64,000 bases of DNA from Camelus ferus (taxonomy: Eukaryota). The notes under the pieces are model-generated. The model worked only from the letters and a program-made list of their open reading frames with translations. It searched no databases and was not told where the DNA came from. The stretch lies in contig NC_045697.1 in the NCBI RefSeq assembly GCF_009834535.1, positions 19,160,001-19,224,000 on the forward strand, read 5' to 3'. The translations under genes were made by a program, and so were the position numbers. Positions 1 through 12,889 of the stretch are shown one piece after another (position 1 is the first letter of the stretch; every line of letters starts with the position of its first letter).

Positions 1-624
1 GATTGAAACTTACTTCTCTTAAAAAAAGTATGCATCAGCCTTTATTACTGATTTATTAGGTTTTTTTGAGAAACATACATTAATCCTGCTGTACACATGG
101 CATTGGTGATATACGAGACATTGAAAATATGAGAGAAGTAAGACTGCCTTATAGAGGATGTCAGAAAAGGAGGAAGACATTATTCACTGTCTTTTTGAGT
201 TTGAATTGGATTGTTGAATTAGTGAAAAATGACACCAAATATCTCTGAAGATTTTCGAGAAAGTTTACTCAGAATATTCAGATTGAAGTATTTGATTTGA
301 TAAATGCTTGAGCTATTAATGGAAGTACTAAGTACAAACAATATTTATTTAAAACTTCTCTCTCAATGGTAGTATTAAGAAAATCCTAATCATGAGACTC
401 ATAAGTAGCTGCCAGTAGGGTAAGCCAAGTTCTTGGCAGTATATGATGTGCACATTGTTAATGGGCTACAGTCACTCGTTTGTGATTAAAAGTCAGCTCA
501 CTCTCCTTAGTTGTTCTTTTCTGCATATAATTTGCTGATCTTAATGATATTATAGGAAGGAACTAGCTTTAATGACTGGATTTACTTTTTCAGCTTCATT
601 TGTTTTTTTGCATTAGTCAATGGT

Positions 625-875
625 TTTTTTTTAAACACCTCTAATTGATTCCTATGCAGTAAACTACACATATTTCAGATGTACAATTTGATGAATTTTG
701 ATAGACGTATACACCAGTGAAACCACCACCACAATCTAGATAGCTAAAACTTCCATCACTCCCCAAGAGATGCAAATTTCAAATTTGCATTTTATCCCTT
801 CCTATCCCCTTTACCCACTGGTAACCATAAATTTGTTCTCTATGTCTGTGAGTCTGTTTCTGTTTTGTAGATACC
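625..875 (-). mobile_element. L1 3'-end fragments: old L1M-type end joined to a younger L1 3' UTR piece
   Basis: Typical L1M 3' terminal motif (gtacaatttgatgaattttga…aaccaccaccacaatc). It is followed by ggtaaccataaatttgttctctatgtctgtgagtctgtttctgttttgtaga, the reverse complement of the L1 3' UTR at about 18035-18090. Confidence 0.65.
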
Positions 876-1519
876 AGCTTCATTTATTTCTTAACCTCTT
901 ATTTTCTTAGCTTTCTGAATTGTATTCCCTGCATGTACCAATTGACTAGACAACAAAATACAGAATATCACATAAATAGTTATGTGTCTAGTAAAGGCTT
1001 AATGGAATCACATTTGACACGTTCCGCAACTCTGTGTTGTTTGGTCTCACTCAGCCAAATAGAAGAGAAGTGTACCTTTGTTTTACCTAGACTCTTAGTC
1101 CTGAAATGTCAGTCATATTCTTCTGCTTTCTCTCACCATCTTCAGTTGTCACTTCAGCCTAACCTTTTCTTTCTATCCTCACTTCCGTCATTGTAGTTTA
1201 TGTTGTTACTTCCTGCCTGGACTATTGGAATAGGCATTTGTTGGTAATAGGCATGTAAACTGAGACTATAGTTTCTGCTCTAGATTAAAATAAAACTATG
1301 TGGAAAAGCTTATTTTGAACTTGAAAGCACTACATAAAATATAAGTTGTGATTTCTGTTACAGTTGCTATCAAGTCACATTCCCTTAAACATGAACAGTG
1401 GCTTCTTTTAGACTCTTGTTTGTTGGTTCATTGTCATTCACTGACTGAGAGCTCCAAGCCATCTTTCCAGGTTCACATCCTGCTGCTCCTCCACCCATGA
1501 ATTGCTTGTGTTTTCTTCC

Positions 1520-1712
1520 TCCCTCTGGGGAGTACTGTTGGCCAGCCAGGACAGTTGTGTGTTATGTGGGACTGGCCTGTGCCTTGTGCTTACTTAACAT
1601 CCTTGGCCTCCCCACCCCTCCATTGAATGCTGGCGGCAGATGGGAGGAGAGGTGAGCTGGGGGTAGGTGAGCAGGGAGGAGCACTAAGTAGCACTCTCAA
1701 CTGAGAACCAGT
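1520..1712. mobile_element. Degenerate hAT-Charlie MITE (MER20-like)
   Basis: Resembles the MER20 core (…tgtgggactggcctgtgcc…catccttggcctc…) and ends in tgagaacca. Recognised by eye only. Confidence 0.45.
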
Positions 1713-1884
1713 CTGCTAGTCAAACTGCTCTTTGTGGGTCCTAGAGCTCATCATATTTCCTCTTTGGGTTTGTTCTTTTTTCTCTTTTTCTAACCCCACT
1801 TATTAAAATCTAATTTCTCTTTCCTGATACCACCAAAAATGTAATTGCTTGCATGTAAAAGTCAGTCAGGCAGTTATTGATTAG

Positions 1885-2308
1885 TGATGCAGGAAAATGA
1901 GTGCTATGAGAAGATGGCCGTGTTCCAGGTCCCAGGCGAGTCCCTGGGACGCGCCCTGCCAAGTGAGGGTCCTTGGCTTCATTCACGCAGGAAAGAATTC
2001 AAGAGTGAGTCATACTTGAGAAAAAGTAGATTTATTCAGAAAGATGCACACTTCATAGGCTGAGTGTAGGCTGTCTAAGAAGGCCAGAGAGGCCATGAGG
2101 CACTGGTGATGTGTGTGTGTTTAGTTTAAAGTAAAAGTAGATACATACTCCACAGACAGAGTATGGGCCATCTCAGAAGGTGTGAGAGGTACGGGGTTGT
2201 TAGTTTTTAATGGGCATGGTAACAATATGCTAATAAGTGGGAGGATTATTCCAACTACTTTGGGGAAGAGACTGGGATTCTCAGGAATTGGGCCATCACC
2301 CACTTTTT
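1885..2308 (-). mobile_element. Truncated ERV1-type LTR, same family as 31755-32386
   Basis: Starts TGATGCAGGA like 31755. Shares ccaagtg-gggtccttggcttc, caggaaagaattcaagag, agatttattcag, taaaagtagatacac, tatgctaataagtgg and caggaatt. Lacks the last ~240 bp. Confidence 0.85.
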
Positions 2309-2309
2309 A

Positions 2310-2383
2310 AAAAAAATTAATTATTCTTTTGGGGGGAAGGTAGTTAGATTTATTTATTTATTTTTAGAGGAGGTGCTGGGGTT
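2310..2383 (-). mobile_element. 3' portion of a Vic-1-like SINE
   Basis: gggggaaggtagttagatttatttatttatttttagaggaggtgctgggg matches the tail half of the SINE at 47755-47893. Confidence 0.75.
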
Positions 2384-3429
2384 GTTGTCATCATTATTTT
2401 GTTAACTGACACTGGTGACACTGACCCATTTATGTTCATTATAATGATACTCAAACATGAATTGGAATCTTCAAGACTGATGTGAATCCCAGCTCTGTCA
2501 TTTCTAGGAGTGTGGTCTTAAGCAAGTTACTCATACGTCTCATTTGCTCATTGAAGAATGGAGATAATACGTGCCTCACACAGGGTTGTAGGGATTACAT
2601 TATGTACATAAAATAGCATTAGCTTCTAGAATAAATTAGCTGTTTCTTATTAGGTGAAATCATTTTAATTCATTAACTATTTCTGCAGAATCAGATTGAG
2701 TGGCTTTGAGTAGAGTAGGTAGAACTTAACAATGGTGTTGATCACTGACTTTGGTTAAGTCTTATTCTGTTTCAGCTGATTCTGTTTTTCTCAGTGGAAT
2801 GTGCTTGCTGGTCTTGATGCAGAGGAAAGAAAGGAATGCTCAGTGTAATAATGCTAAAAAGATACATCACACCGTGTTGCATTTAACACAGGGTGAGGGC
2901 ACTGAGAGGAGGTACCTTGTCTTAGTTGTTACGTTGGATGCCCAGCGCCAAGCACGGGGCCTGGCACATGACAGGCCCTCCATATCTTGTTTAAATGAAC
3001 AAGGGAATTCCATTTAGATGAGAAACATGTTCTGACTATGGTATATATGACGCACATTGGTGTGTTTTGGGTAGCCAAGGAAGATGTCTATAAGATATTG
3101 GCAAAGGAGATTAATTCTGGTATTTTAGCATTTGTCTTTGAAACCATTATACCTGATTCATAATATGCACAGATCTTTTATAACAGTTTGTATATTTTAA
3201 CAGAAATGTGCATCAGCCACTTTGAGTTAAAATGATCATTTGTGCTGAATTAACCTAGAAGGGAGACAACTGAGAAAAAATGAAAAAGACTTTAGAACAG
3301 GTAATGGAGATCAGAACTCACTATTCTGTTAAATTTCTAGGCCTTAAGTCACTATACCAAAAGGAAATAAAATTTTGTGTGTAGAAATGGATCACCCTTG
3401 CCGTGTCCTCAACTCCTTTCCTTTCCTTT

Positions 3430-4190
3430 TGCTGCTCCAGCTCAGCCAAACCCCAAACCTTAGAGCCTCTTCATCATCTCCCTCCTCCATTCCCTGGGGA
3501 CAGGGACTGTGAGTGCTGCCAGGATTCCTGAAGCACTTCCTGACAGCTGTGCCTTGCAGTCTTGCCTCCATCCTATTTTCCACCGTCACTGGAATGATCT
3601 TTCTATAAGGAATCTGATTCTGTTGACCCTCTCCTTGAAATCCCTTATGGGCTACTCATAGTTTTCAGGGTTAAAAATCTACATTCCTTAGTATGGAAAA
3701 CCACTTTTAGAGATCTGACCCTTCCTTACCAATCTCCTACCTGATCTGTTTTTTTTTTTCCCACATGTTGTCTGTACTCCAGACATATTAACTAACTTCA
3801 TTTCTCTGAGTGTCTCATGTTCTTTTCATGCCATTGAACATATGATGTGTCTTTTCCAGGCATGCTTTTCTCTTCTTCCCAAGATCATCAAGTATAGTTC
3901 CTTTAAAATTCCCCAAGATTACCTCTAGAAAACTTCTGACTTTTCTTTCCCAATCTGGATTAGGTGCCCTTTCTCCGTGCTCTCATAACACTCTCATAAC
4001 ACATTAATAACAGTTAATGTTCTCATTGTAGGATCTGTGGTCCTAACCCAACAGCATGCCTTCTTCCTCCCTAGACTGTGAACTTTTTTGAGTACAGGAT
4101 ACTCTTATTACCTCTTTAATTTCTAATGCCTGTCACTGGTTTGCATAGTACAGAAGCCTAGAACTTTGTGATTTAGTTAATGTATGAAGT
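3430..4190 (+). mobile_element. Degenerate L2 (LINE2) remnant
   Basis: Pyrimidine-rich L2-type motifs (ggaatgatctttcta…aatctgat, cctagactgtgaac…). Boundaries are approximate. Confidence 0.5.
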
Positions 4191-6532
4191 AACAGTTTAT
4201 CAGAGGTCCAGAATGTGCCCAGCTAAGTCCTGGGTATTATGAATATGTGAGAAATGGAAGGACTTGGTCCCTGTTTGTAAGTTTAGTTGTATGCACAAAG
4301 CGACAAAAGTACAACATTAAAGAATGATTTGAGAATAAAGATGCAGTTGAAAACTCCAAATCCCTGGGAATTTTACTGTCTGCTCTTTGCTCTGTTTTTC
4401 CTTAGTATTTACCACTCCTAACATGCTGTGCCTTTTACTTACTTATCTTGTTATGCTCATCTCTTCCACTGGATTGTAAGTATTATGAGGAATTCTTATC
4501 TCTTTTGTTCACTATGGTATTTCTAGGGCCTGACACATGTTGGGTGCTCATTAGATATTTGTTGAATGGATGGAATGGTGTTCAGGGAAAGAAGTACTCA
4601 CTAGGAGTTCATATTTATGAAATACTTCATGAAGAAGTCACATGCTGAAGTAGACTCTGAAAGATAGTGAGTTATTAAGTTCACTTAAGTAAATAAATAC
4701 CAGTTTTGTTTTTATATGAGTTTTTCTTTCCCCAGTCATATGTTTCTTCTAATTTTTTTATAGGACTTTATAAGGTTTCTACAGTCCTCACTGTTGACTT
4801 CTCTTAGAGTTTGACAGCAAAGCATATTCAGTCAGTGAGTGATGCTGACCCTTTCCTTATATACTGGTTGTAATAATACTTTCACTGCTTAGGTTTATTA
4901 GCAAAATAAAATATGTGGAAAAAATTAGGTCTGCTGGAGGCAGTAAGACATTGTACACAGATCGTTTTATACCGTATGTTGTTGTAATGCCTGAGAGCTT
5001 ATATTTTACTTTGCATCCATGTAAAGTAACTCTTAGGCATATAAGGGTTCTGGATGTTTTATGTATTAGGGCTCATAATTGACCATTATGCTTATTAAGT
5101 TTTTTGATTTTAGCAGGTCTTGATCAGAGTTTTAAATATTTATGTATACACATATTTATGTCATGTAACTTACAATTTCATTTTCCATTTTTTTAGAGTT
5201 TCCTTTTCCATTTCCTTCTCTTCTAAGACTAGAGTAATTAAAAATATGTTTTGAATTAAAAATGTTAAATTGACAAACTGGGCTATAAGTAGAACATGTA
5301 GGTAATATAAGCTTAAATTGTTTTTTTAGAAAATTATTAGTTGGTCTCCAGGACTGTCTTCTTTTCTTGCAATTTTTTTCCATAAGTACAGAATTAGATA
5401 TTCTCGGGCCATTATAGCTGCAGTAGAGCTTTGTAAACATCTAGTCTGCTTGCTTGACTTTAGAGGGGTGGTAGCTAAGACACCAGGGCAAGTTATTTGT
5501 CAGTCAGTTCATACAGGACCAAATGATAAACTAGATTTTTAACTGTTGTTGAGGAGATAACCAAACTATGGCTAGCCCTTTTATTATACTAATAACCACT
5601 TTAAACTTTAAGACCATACTGTTCCTAGAAATACATGTGGATGTGATGACATTTTAAAAGTATATGATTTTAGTGACCTGGTAGAACAGAAGTTGGTTCC
5701 TGGAATTTGTCAACCCACCAGTCAGCCAGATTGAGTATTGAGTGAAGTTTTGACAGTACTTTTCCATTTTGATATATAGGCTGTTTGTTTACTAGTTGAG
5801 TCAACAGGAGGTAATTCTTACTAATCTTATTTGAAGCCATGAAAAACCTCATACTCTCTAAATTGTTGATTTTTGACAACCTGAATGTGAGGATTCCCCA
5901 TTGGAAGAGGTTTAGCCAGTAAATATATGTTAAGGAAAACATGAAGAATAAGATTTTAGAAAATTCAGTTTTTCCTTGTTGAATCTAAGAAGTTATGTAT
6001 TTTAAAAAGTCATGTGGATGGACTCTTGGATTCTGTTAAGATAGAAAAATGAAAAAAAGTTTCTAAGGATCATGTGAATATTCTACATTTCTTTTTCTTA
6101 TATTCTTTGTGATGTTTCCCTAGGACTTACAATTTAATTAAACTAGATTATACAAAAATAGCACCCTGTACTCTGATTTTTCGTTTAGTTTTGTTTTTTT
6201 AAGGAGGAAGTTTATATTTGGGGGGGAGAATCATTTATAAATATAGTAAGTTGGATAAGAAGAAAATGGTTAAAGATGTGAAAAAAATGTAGACAAAATG
6301 AATTTAGTGCTAGTTGTAGTTGACTAATAGCAATTAAATTGAATTATTTATTTTTAGTGTGTTTATATGGTACACTTGTGATATGAAGAATGCTAGACTA
6401 GACTTTTTAAAGCCTCTTTAATTTGACTTAGTCTGAAATTTAATTTGTTGGTTTTGTTTTAAATTATATTCTCTTAACTGTAGCCTGTGTTTTGGGATGG
6501 CAAGTTAGTAACTGGCCTTTGTTCTGTTTCAG

Positions 6533-6663
6533 ATCCCTGCATGTCACTAAGTCCACCATGCTTCACAGAAGAAGATAGATTTAGTCTGGAAGCTCTTCAA
6601 ACAATACATAAACAAATGGATGATGACAAAGATGGTGGAATTGAAGTGGATGAAAGTGATGAA
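6533..6663 (+). CDS. STIM2: STIM2 (stromal interaction molecule 2) internal coding exon, probably exon 2: luminal Cys pair and canonical EF-hand loop
   Basis: Translates to (D)PCMSLSPPCFTEEDRFSLEALQTIHKQMDDDKDGGIEVDESDE, which I recognise as the STIM2 N-terminal luminal sequence. Acceptor is ctttgttctgtttcag| and donor is GAA|gtaggt. 131 bp, phase 1 in, phase 0 out. Confidence 0.97.
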
Positions 6664-6907
6664 GTAGGTGGAGTCAGTTTTTCTCTGGTATTCTCTTAAA
6701 ACAGAATGAGTTTTTAATCTTAAATTTTCCCATTATTTCTCATGTGATTCAGCTCCTTCGTCTTCAACATCTTTAGATTTTCTCTTTACATTTTAATTTT
6801 ATTCTTTGTATTTACATTTTTTTTTCACGTCTGTAAAGTCTTCCCAGTTTTGTAAGAATCCTCAGTCTCATGTACTTGGGTTTCTTAAACATAAATCTTA
6901 TTCTTAC

Positions 6908-7395
6908 TGTGTCAGTTACCTTTTGCTGCTTTACAAACCGCCCCAAAATTTAGTGGCTTAAAAATGACAACAGTTTGTTATTTCTCCTGATTCTCTAGAT
7001 TGACTGGACTTTGCTGGGTACCTTTTCCGTTCCCTTGGATATGGCCTGAGGTTACTATGGCAGTTGCGCTCAGCTGCAAACTCTGCTAGGCAGGACTACC
7101 TCCCATGACCTCTGTTCCTTTAGTCTCTCTCTCCACTTGGCCTCTCCTCATTCAGGAGTCTAGCTCAAGCTTCCTTACAGCATGGCAGCTGGTTTCCTGG
7201 TGGCAGTGTTCGAAGAAAGCAAGTTTCCATGTGAAAGTGCTTATCATGTCCCTGCTTGCCAGTGCCTGTTGATGTCAGATTGGCTTAAAGCAAGTTATTT
7301 GGCCAAGCTCAGAGTCTGTGTGAGAGGATTATACAAGGGAATGAGTGCCAGGAGATGTGGTTTACTGGGGGCACCAGTGTAATCTGCTGTACCCA
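6908..7395 (-). mobile_element. MaLR LTR (old MLT1 family)
   Basis: Begins tgtgtcagttacc…tgctg…acaaaccgccccaaaatttagtggcttaaaa, the characteristic reverse-complement MLT1 terminus. Confidence 0.75.
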
Positions 7396-8109
7396 CTGTG
7401 CAGATAAACAATGCTTTATTTCTCAAGCATTCTCATCTTACCCCTGGTCTGGTGTCCCTCTTAGTTTTCTTCATAGAATTTGTTTGCTTTTCTTTTCTTT
7501 CTTTCTTTTTTTTTTTTTTTCTTTGAGAATAGAAGAGGGGTTTATTAGATTATGCTGCCATAGACAACAGTGGGCCACACAGACAAGAGGTGCCTGTGTG
7601 AGCCTAGAAGTTGTTTTCTTTATTTGACTATGGTCTCATTTTAACCAGATTCCTTCATCATTTCTCATGTCTCTTCAACTTCTTTGTTGTATTTGTCACT
7701 GTTGAGATGCTTCCCTTTTAGTTTATATGGTACAAATTATATTATTTTCTACATTATTGTCTAATGTTGTGTGATGGTGACATCTTCCCATCACATTGTT
7801 ATCTAATCATGTTGTTATGTAACAGTAACATTCTCTGAAGATCAGTTTTTGACCTGCTGTGTAAAACATTTACCTTGAGAACATTCATCCATTTTTAGGT
7901 TACTCTGGATTCCTCCATCTCTAAGCCAATCCAGATTCTGACCTACGTATGCTGCTTTCTGCCTGACATCTTTTGAGACCTCTTACTTTTGTTTTCAACT
8001 TAGTTTATCTAAAACAAAATCACACTTTTCTTTGAAATCCCTCACTCTTCATAGCACTTGTGGACCTACTTCTCTTCAATTTTTAAAAATTAAAAAAAAA
8101 CTTCTGAAT

Positions 8110-8794
8110 CAGGAGTTGGCAGACTTTTTCTGTAAAGGGCCAAGTTATGGGATGAAGTATGTCCCCCCTCCCCCCGCAAACATATTTTGAAATCTTAACT
8201 CCCAGTACCTTAGAAAGTGACTTTATTTGGAAATAGTTATTTCAGATGTGGTTATTTAAGATGAGCATATACTGGAGTAGTGTGTGTCCTTAATCCAACA
8301 TGACTGGTGTCCTTATAAGGGAGGACAACACCATGTGGGAAGACAGAGACAGGGGAATGGAAGATCATGTGGCAGTGGAGGCAGAGTTTGGAGTTATGCA
8401 GCTACAAGTCAAGAAATGACAAGGATTGCTAGTGACATGAGAAGCCAAGAGAAAGGCATGGACCTTATTCTTTCCTAGAGCCTTTGAGAAGGCATGGCCC
8501 TACTGATACATGATTTCAGACTTACAGCCTCCAGAACTGTGAAAGAGTAAATTTCTGTTGTTTTAAGCCATTCAGTTTTTGGTACTTTGTTACAGCAGCC
8601 TTAGGAAACGAACAGGCCAGCTAGTAAATATTTTGGATTTTTGTGGGCCATATGGTCTCTGTTGCGTCTACCCAGCTCTCCCACCGAGGTGTCAAGCAGC
8701 CATAGATAGTCGGTGAACTGACGGGCATGCTGTGTTCCAATAAAACTTGTTTGCAGAAAGAATGACGTCAGACTGTATAGTTCATCAACCCCTG
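8110..8794. mobile_element. MER58A-like hAT MITE split by an MLT1 insertion
   Basis: Left part caggagttggcagactttttctgtaaagggcca. Right part …tagtaaatatttt…gtgggccatatggtctctgttgc…ccaataaaactt…caacccctg. Termini are CAGG…CCTG. Confidence 0.8.
8143..8614 (+). mobile_element. MaLR solo LTR (MLT1B/C-like) nested in MER58A
   Basis: MLT1 motifs (gactttatttggaaatag, ctaatccaacatgactggtgtccttataag, cagcctccagaactgtga, ttgttacagcagcc…aaca). Flanked by the 5-bp TSD GGCCA at 8138-8142 and 8615-8619. Confidence 0.88.
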
Positions 8795-9036
8795 CTATAA
8801 ATAAAATTTTGTGTACTTAAAGTTTATTCCTTTTTCTTCTTTTTCACTTATCTCTTCTAGTTATTTGATTGCTCTATTTTAATGTAGGTATTTACTATCT
8901 TATGCCTAGATTATTACCTATAAATTTTTTCCTCTCTAATCTATCATGCATATTACTTGCAGAGTGTTTTTCTCTAGCTAAAAACTTAACAATGATTTTC
9001 TTAGTACTTATTTGATTAGATATTAACTCTTTAATC

Positions 9037-12000
9037 TTTTTTTTTTAACATTTTTTATTGATTTATAATCATTTTACAATGTTGTGTCAAATTCCAGTGT
9101 CCAGCACAATTTTTCAGTCATTCATGGACATATACACACTCATTGTCACATTTTTTTCTCTCTGAGTTATCATAACATTTTGTGTATATTTCCCTGTGCT
9201 ATACAGTGTAATCTTGTTTATCTATTCTACAATTTTGAAATCCCAGTCTATCCCTTCCCACTCTCCACCCCCCTGGCAACCACAAGTCTGTATTCTCTGT
9301 CTGTGAGTCTATTTCTGTCCTGTATTTACGCTTTGTTTTTGTTTGTTTGTTTGTTTGTTTTTGTTTTTTAGATTCCACATATAAGCGATCTCATACGGTA
9401 TTTTTCTTTCTTTTTCTGGCTTACTTCACTTAGAATGACATTCTCCAGGAGCATCCATGTTGCTGCAAATGGCATTATGTTGTCGGTTTTTATGGCTGAG
9501 TAGTATTCCATTGTATAAATATACCACATCTTCTTTATCCAGTCACCTGTTGATGGACATTTAGGCTGTTTCCATGTTTTGGCTATTGTAAATAGTGCTG
9601 CTATGAACATTGGGGTGCAGGTGTCATCCTGAAGTAAATTTCCTTCTGGATACAAGCCCAGGAGTGGGATTCCTGGGTCATATGGTAAGTCTATTCCTAG
9701 TCTTTTGAGGAATCTCCACACTGTTTTCCATAGTGGCTGCACCAAACTGCATTTCCATCAGCAGTGTAGGAGGGTTCCCCTTTCTCCACAGCCTCTCCAG
9801 CATTTGTCATTTGTGGATTTTTGAATGACGGCCATTCTGACTGGTGTGAGGTGATACCTCATTGTAGTTTTGATTTGCATTTCTCTGATAATTAGTGATA
9901 TTGAGCATTTTTTCATGTGCTTTTTGATCATTTGTATGTCTTCCTTGGAGAATTGCTTGTTTAGGTCTTCTGCCCATTTTTGGATTGGGTTGTTTATTTT
10001 TTTCTCATTGAGTCGTATGAGCTGCTTATACATTCTGGAGATCAAGCCTTTGTTGGTTTCACTTGCAAAAATTTTCTCCCATTCCGTAGGTTTTCTTCTT
10101 GTTTTATTTCTGGTTTCCTTTGCTGTGCAGAAGCTTGTAAGTTTCATTAGGTCCCATTTGTTTATTCTTGCTTTTATTTCTTCTAGGAGAAAATTTTTGA
10201 AATGTATGTCAGATAATGTTTTGCCTATGTTTTCCTCTAGGAGGTTTATTGTATCTTGTCTTATGTTTAAGTCTTTAATCCATTTTGAGTTGATTTTTGT
10301 ATATGGTGTAAGGGAGTGTTCTAGCTTCATTGTTTTACATGCTGCTGTCCAGTTTTCCCAACACCATTTGCTGAAGAGACTGTCTTTATTCCATTGTATA
10401 TTCTTGCCTCCTTTGTCGAAGATGAGTTGACCAAAAGTTTGTGGGTTCATTTCTGGGCTGTCTATTCTGTTCCATTGGTCTATATTGTCTGTTTTGGTAC
10501 CAATACCATGCTGTCTTGATGAATGTAGCTCTATAGTATTGTCTGAAGTCTGGGAGAGTTATTCCTCCAGCTGCTTTCTTTCTCTTCAGTAATGCTTTGG
10601 CAATTCTAGGTCTTTGATGGTTCCATATAAATTTTATTATGATTTGTTCTAGTTCTGTGAAATATGTCCTGGGTAATTGGATAGGGATTGCATTAAATCT
10701 GTAGATTGCCTTGGGCAGTGTGAACATTTTAACAATATTGATTCTTCCAATCCAAGAGCATGGAATATCTTTCCATTTTTTAAAGTCTTCTTTAATTTCC
10801 TTCATCAATGGTTTATAGTTTTCTGTGTATAATACTTTAACCTCCTTGGTTAGATTTATTCCCAAATATTTTATTACTTTGGGTGCTATTTTAAAGGGGA
10901 TTGTTTCTTTACTTTCTTTTTCTGTTGATTTATCGTTAGTGTAAAGAAATGCAACTGATTTTTGAACGTTAATTTTGTAAACTGCTACCTTGCTGAATTC
11001 TTCAATCAGCTCTAGTAGCTTTTGTGTGGACCTTTAGGGTTTTCTATATATAGTAACATGTCGTCAGCATATAATGACACTTTTACCTCTTCTTTTCCAA
11101 TTTGGATCCCTTTTATTTCTTTCTCTTGCCTGACTGCTGTGGCTAGGACTTCCAGGACTATGTTGAATAGGAGTGGTGATAGTGGGCATCCTTGTCCCAG
11201 ATTTTAGTGGGAAGCTTTTGAGTTTTTCACCATTGAGTACTATGCTGGCTGTAGGTTTGTCATAAATAGCTTTTATTATGTTGAGATATGTTCCCTCTAT
11301 ACCCACTTTGGCGAGAGTTTTTATCATAAATGGGTGTTGAATTTTATCAAATGCTTTTTCTGCATCGATTGAGATGATCATGTGGTTTTTGTCCTTTCTC
11401 TTGTTGATGTGATGTATTACATTGATTGATTTGCGTATGTTGAACCAGCCTTGTGTCCCTGGGATGAACCCCACTTGGTCATGATGTATAATCTTTTTTA
11501 TGTGTTGTTGGATTCTATTTGCTAAAATTTTGGTGAGGATTTTGGCGTCTATGTTCATCAGTGATATTGGCCTGTAATTCTCTTTTTTTGTAGTGTCTTT
11601 GCCTGGTTTTGGTATCAGGGTGATGGTGGCTTCATAGAATGAGTTTGGGAGTATTCCCTCCTTTTCAGTCGTCTGGAAGAGTTTGAGAAGGACTGGTATG
11701 AGTTCTTCTTTGTATGTTTGGTAGAATTCCCTGGTGAAGCCGTCCGGTCCTGGACTTTTATTTGTAGGGAGGTTTTTAATTGCTATTTCTATTTCCTTTC
11801 TAGTGATCGGATTGTTCAAGTGTTCAGATTCTTCTTGATTCAGTCTTGGTGGACAGTTTGTTTCCAGAAACTTGTCCATCTCCTCTAGGTTATCCAGTTT
11901 GGTTCCATATAGTTTTTCATAATATTCTTGTATGATATTCTGTATTTCTATTTTGTTTGTTGTAATTTCTCCATTTTCCTTTCTTATTTTGCTAATTTGT

Positions 12001-12310
12001 GCTCTCTCTTTTTTCTTCTTTGTGAGTTTGGCCAGAGGTTTGTCGATTTTATTTACTTTTTCAAAAAACCAGCTTTTGGTTTGGTTGATTTTTTTCTATG
12101 GTCTTGTTAATCTCTATTGTATTTAATTCCTCTCTGATCTTTATTATTTCCTTCCTTCTGCTACTTTTTGGGGCTTTTTGTTCTTCTTTTTCTAATTCAT
12201 TCAGGTGGTGGGTTAAATTGTTTATTTGAGATTGTTCTTCTTTTTTGAGGAAGGCCTATATCGCTATAAACTTCCCTCTTAGCACTGCCTTTGCTGTGTC
12301 CTATACGTTT
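9037..12310 (-). mobile_element. 5'-truncated, relatively young LINE-1: ORF2 RT and C-terminal region, 3' UTR, poly(A)
   Basis: Consecutive minus-strand ORFs at 11064-11879, 10386-10865, 9758-10450 and 9368-9745 encode L1 ORF2 ([41 protein letters not shown] at 11060-11071; [14 protein letters not shown]). They are broken by a few frameshifts. Poly(T) at 9037-9046. Confidence 0.97.
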
Positions 12311-12745
12311 TTAATATCTCTGTATCAGCTGATTTTTATTTGCTGAAGTAATCTCTTCTCGTTGTGGTTTAATCATTTTGATTAGAGCATGATTCCATTA
12401 ATACCAGAATCACAGCCTTCAGTTTAAAATAGTCAAGTGTATTTCTTTCACTTAAGAACTGCAGATGACAGGGTAGTCCTGTTTTATGTTATTTCCAACT
12501 TAGAAAGTATTTGAAGTATGTAAATGTATTCTATTGGTCATAAAGTAGAGTAGGTAAAGTGAAATTGATGGATTACCAGGAGTTTTACTTACTGGAAAAT
12601 AACATAAGGTAGTTGTCATTTATTGAGAGTCATTTTATTATATTGGGTAATTCATCTTCTCAACATTATCACCATTCCGTCTCTCTCTTCCTGTACAAAC
12701 ACACACACACACACAGAGTAAAATCATTTTAGTAGTACTACTCTG

Positions 12746-12889
12746 TACTTTATTTATTTTTGAGGGGGAGGTAATTTGTTTTATTCATTCACTCATTCAT
12801 TCAATTTTAATGGAGGCCCTGGGGATTGAACCGAGGACCTCGTGCATGCTAATAAGCACTGCTTTACCACTGAGCTATACTTCCCACCA
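12746..12889 (-). mobile_element. tRNA-Ala-derived SINE (camelid Vic-1-like)
   Basis: Minus strand reads gtatagctcagtggtaaagc…gcatgcacgaggtcctcggttcaatcccc (A and B boxes), followed by an AT-rich tail. TSD tactctg at 12739-12745 and 12890-12896. Confidence 0.85.

Noticed and set aside
771..789. Perfect hairpin tgcaaattt-c-aaatttgca
   Set aside because: Short, AT-rich and at an L1 fragment junction. Nothing suggests function.
6487..6699. 70-aa ORF as a standalone gene or N-terminal extension (MFWDGKLVTGLCSVS…)
   Set aside because: It has a non-ATG start. The flanks are intronic read-through around the 131-bp exon, which has clear splice sites.
9870..10430. 186-aa hydrophobic + strand ORF, and similar ones at 15074-15412 and 11928-12126
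   Set aside because: These are antisense frames of L1 ORF2, a common artefact.
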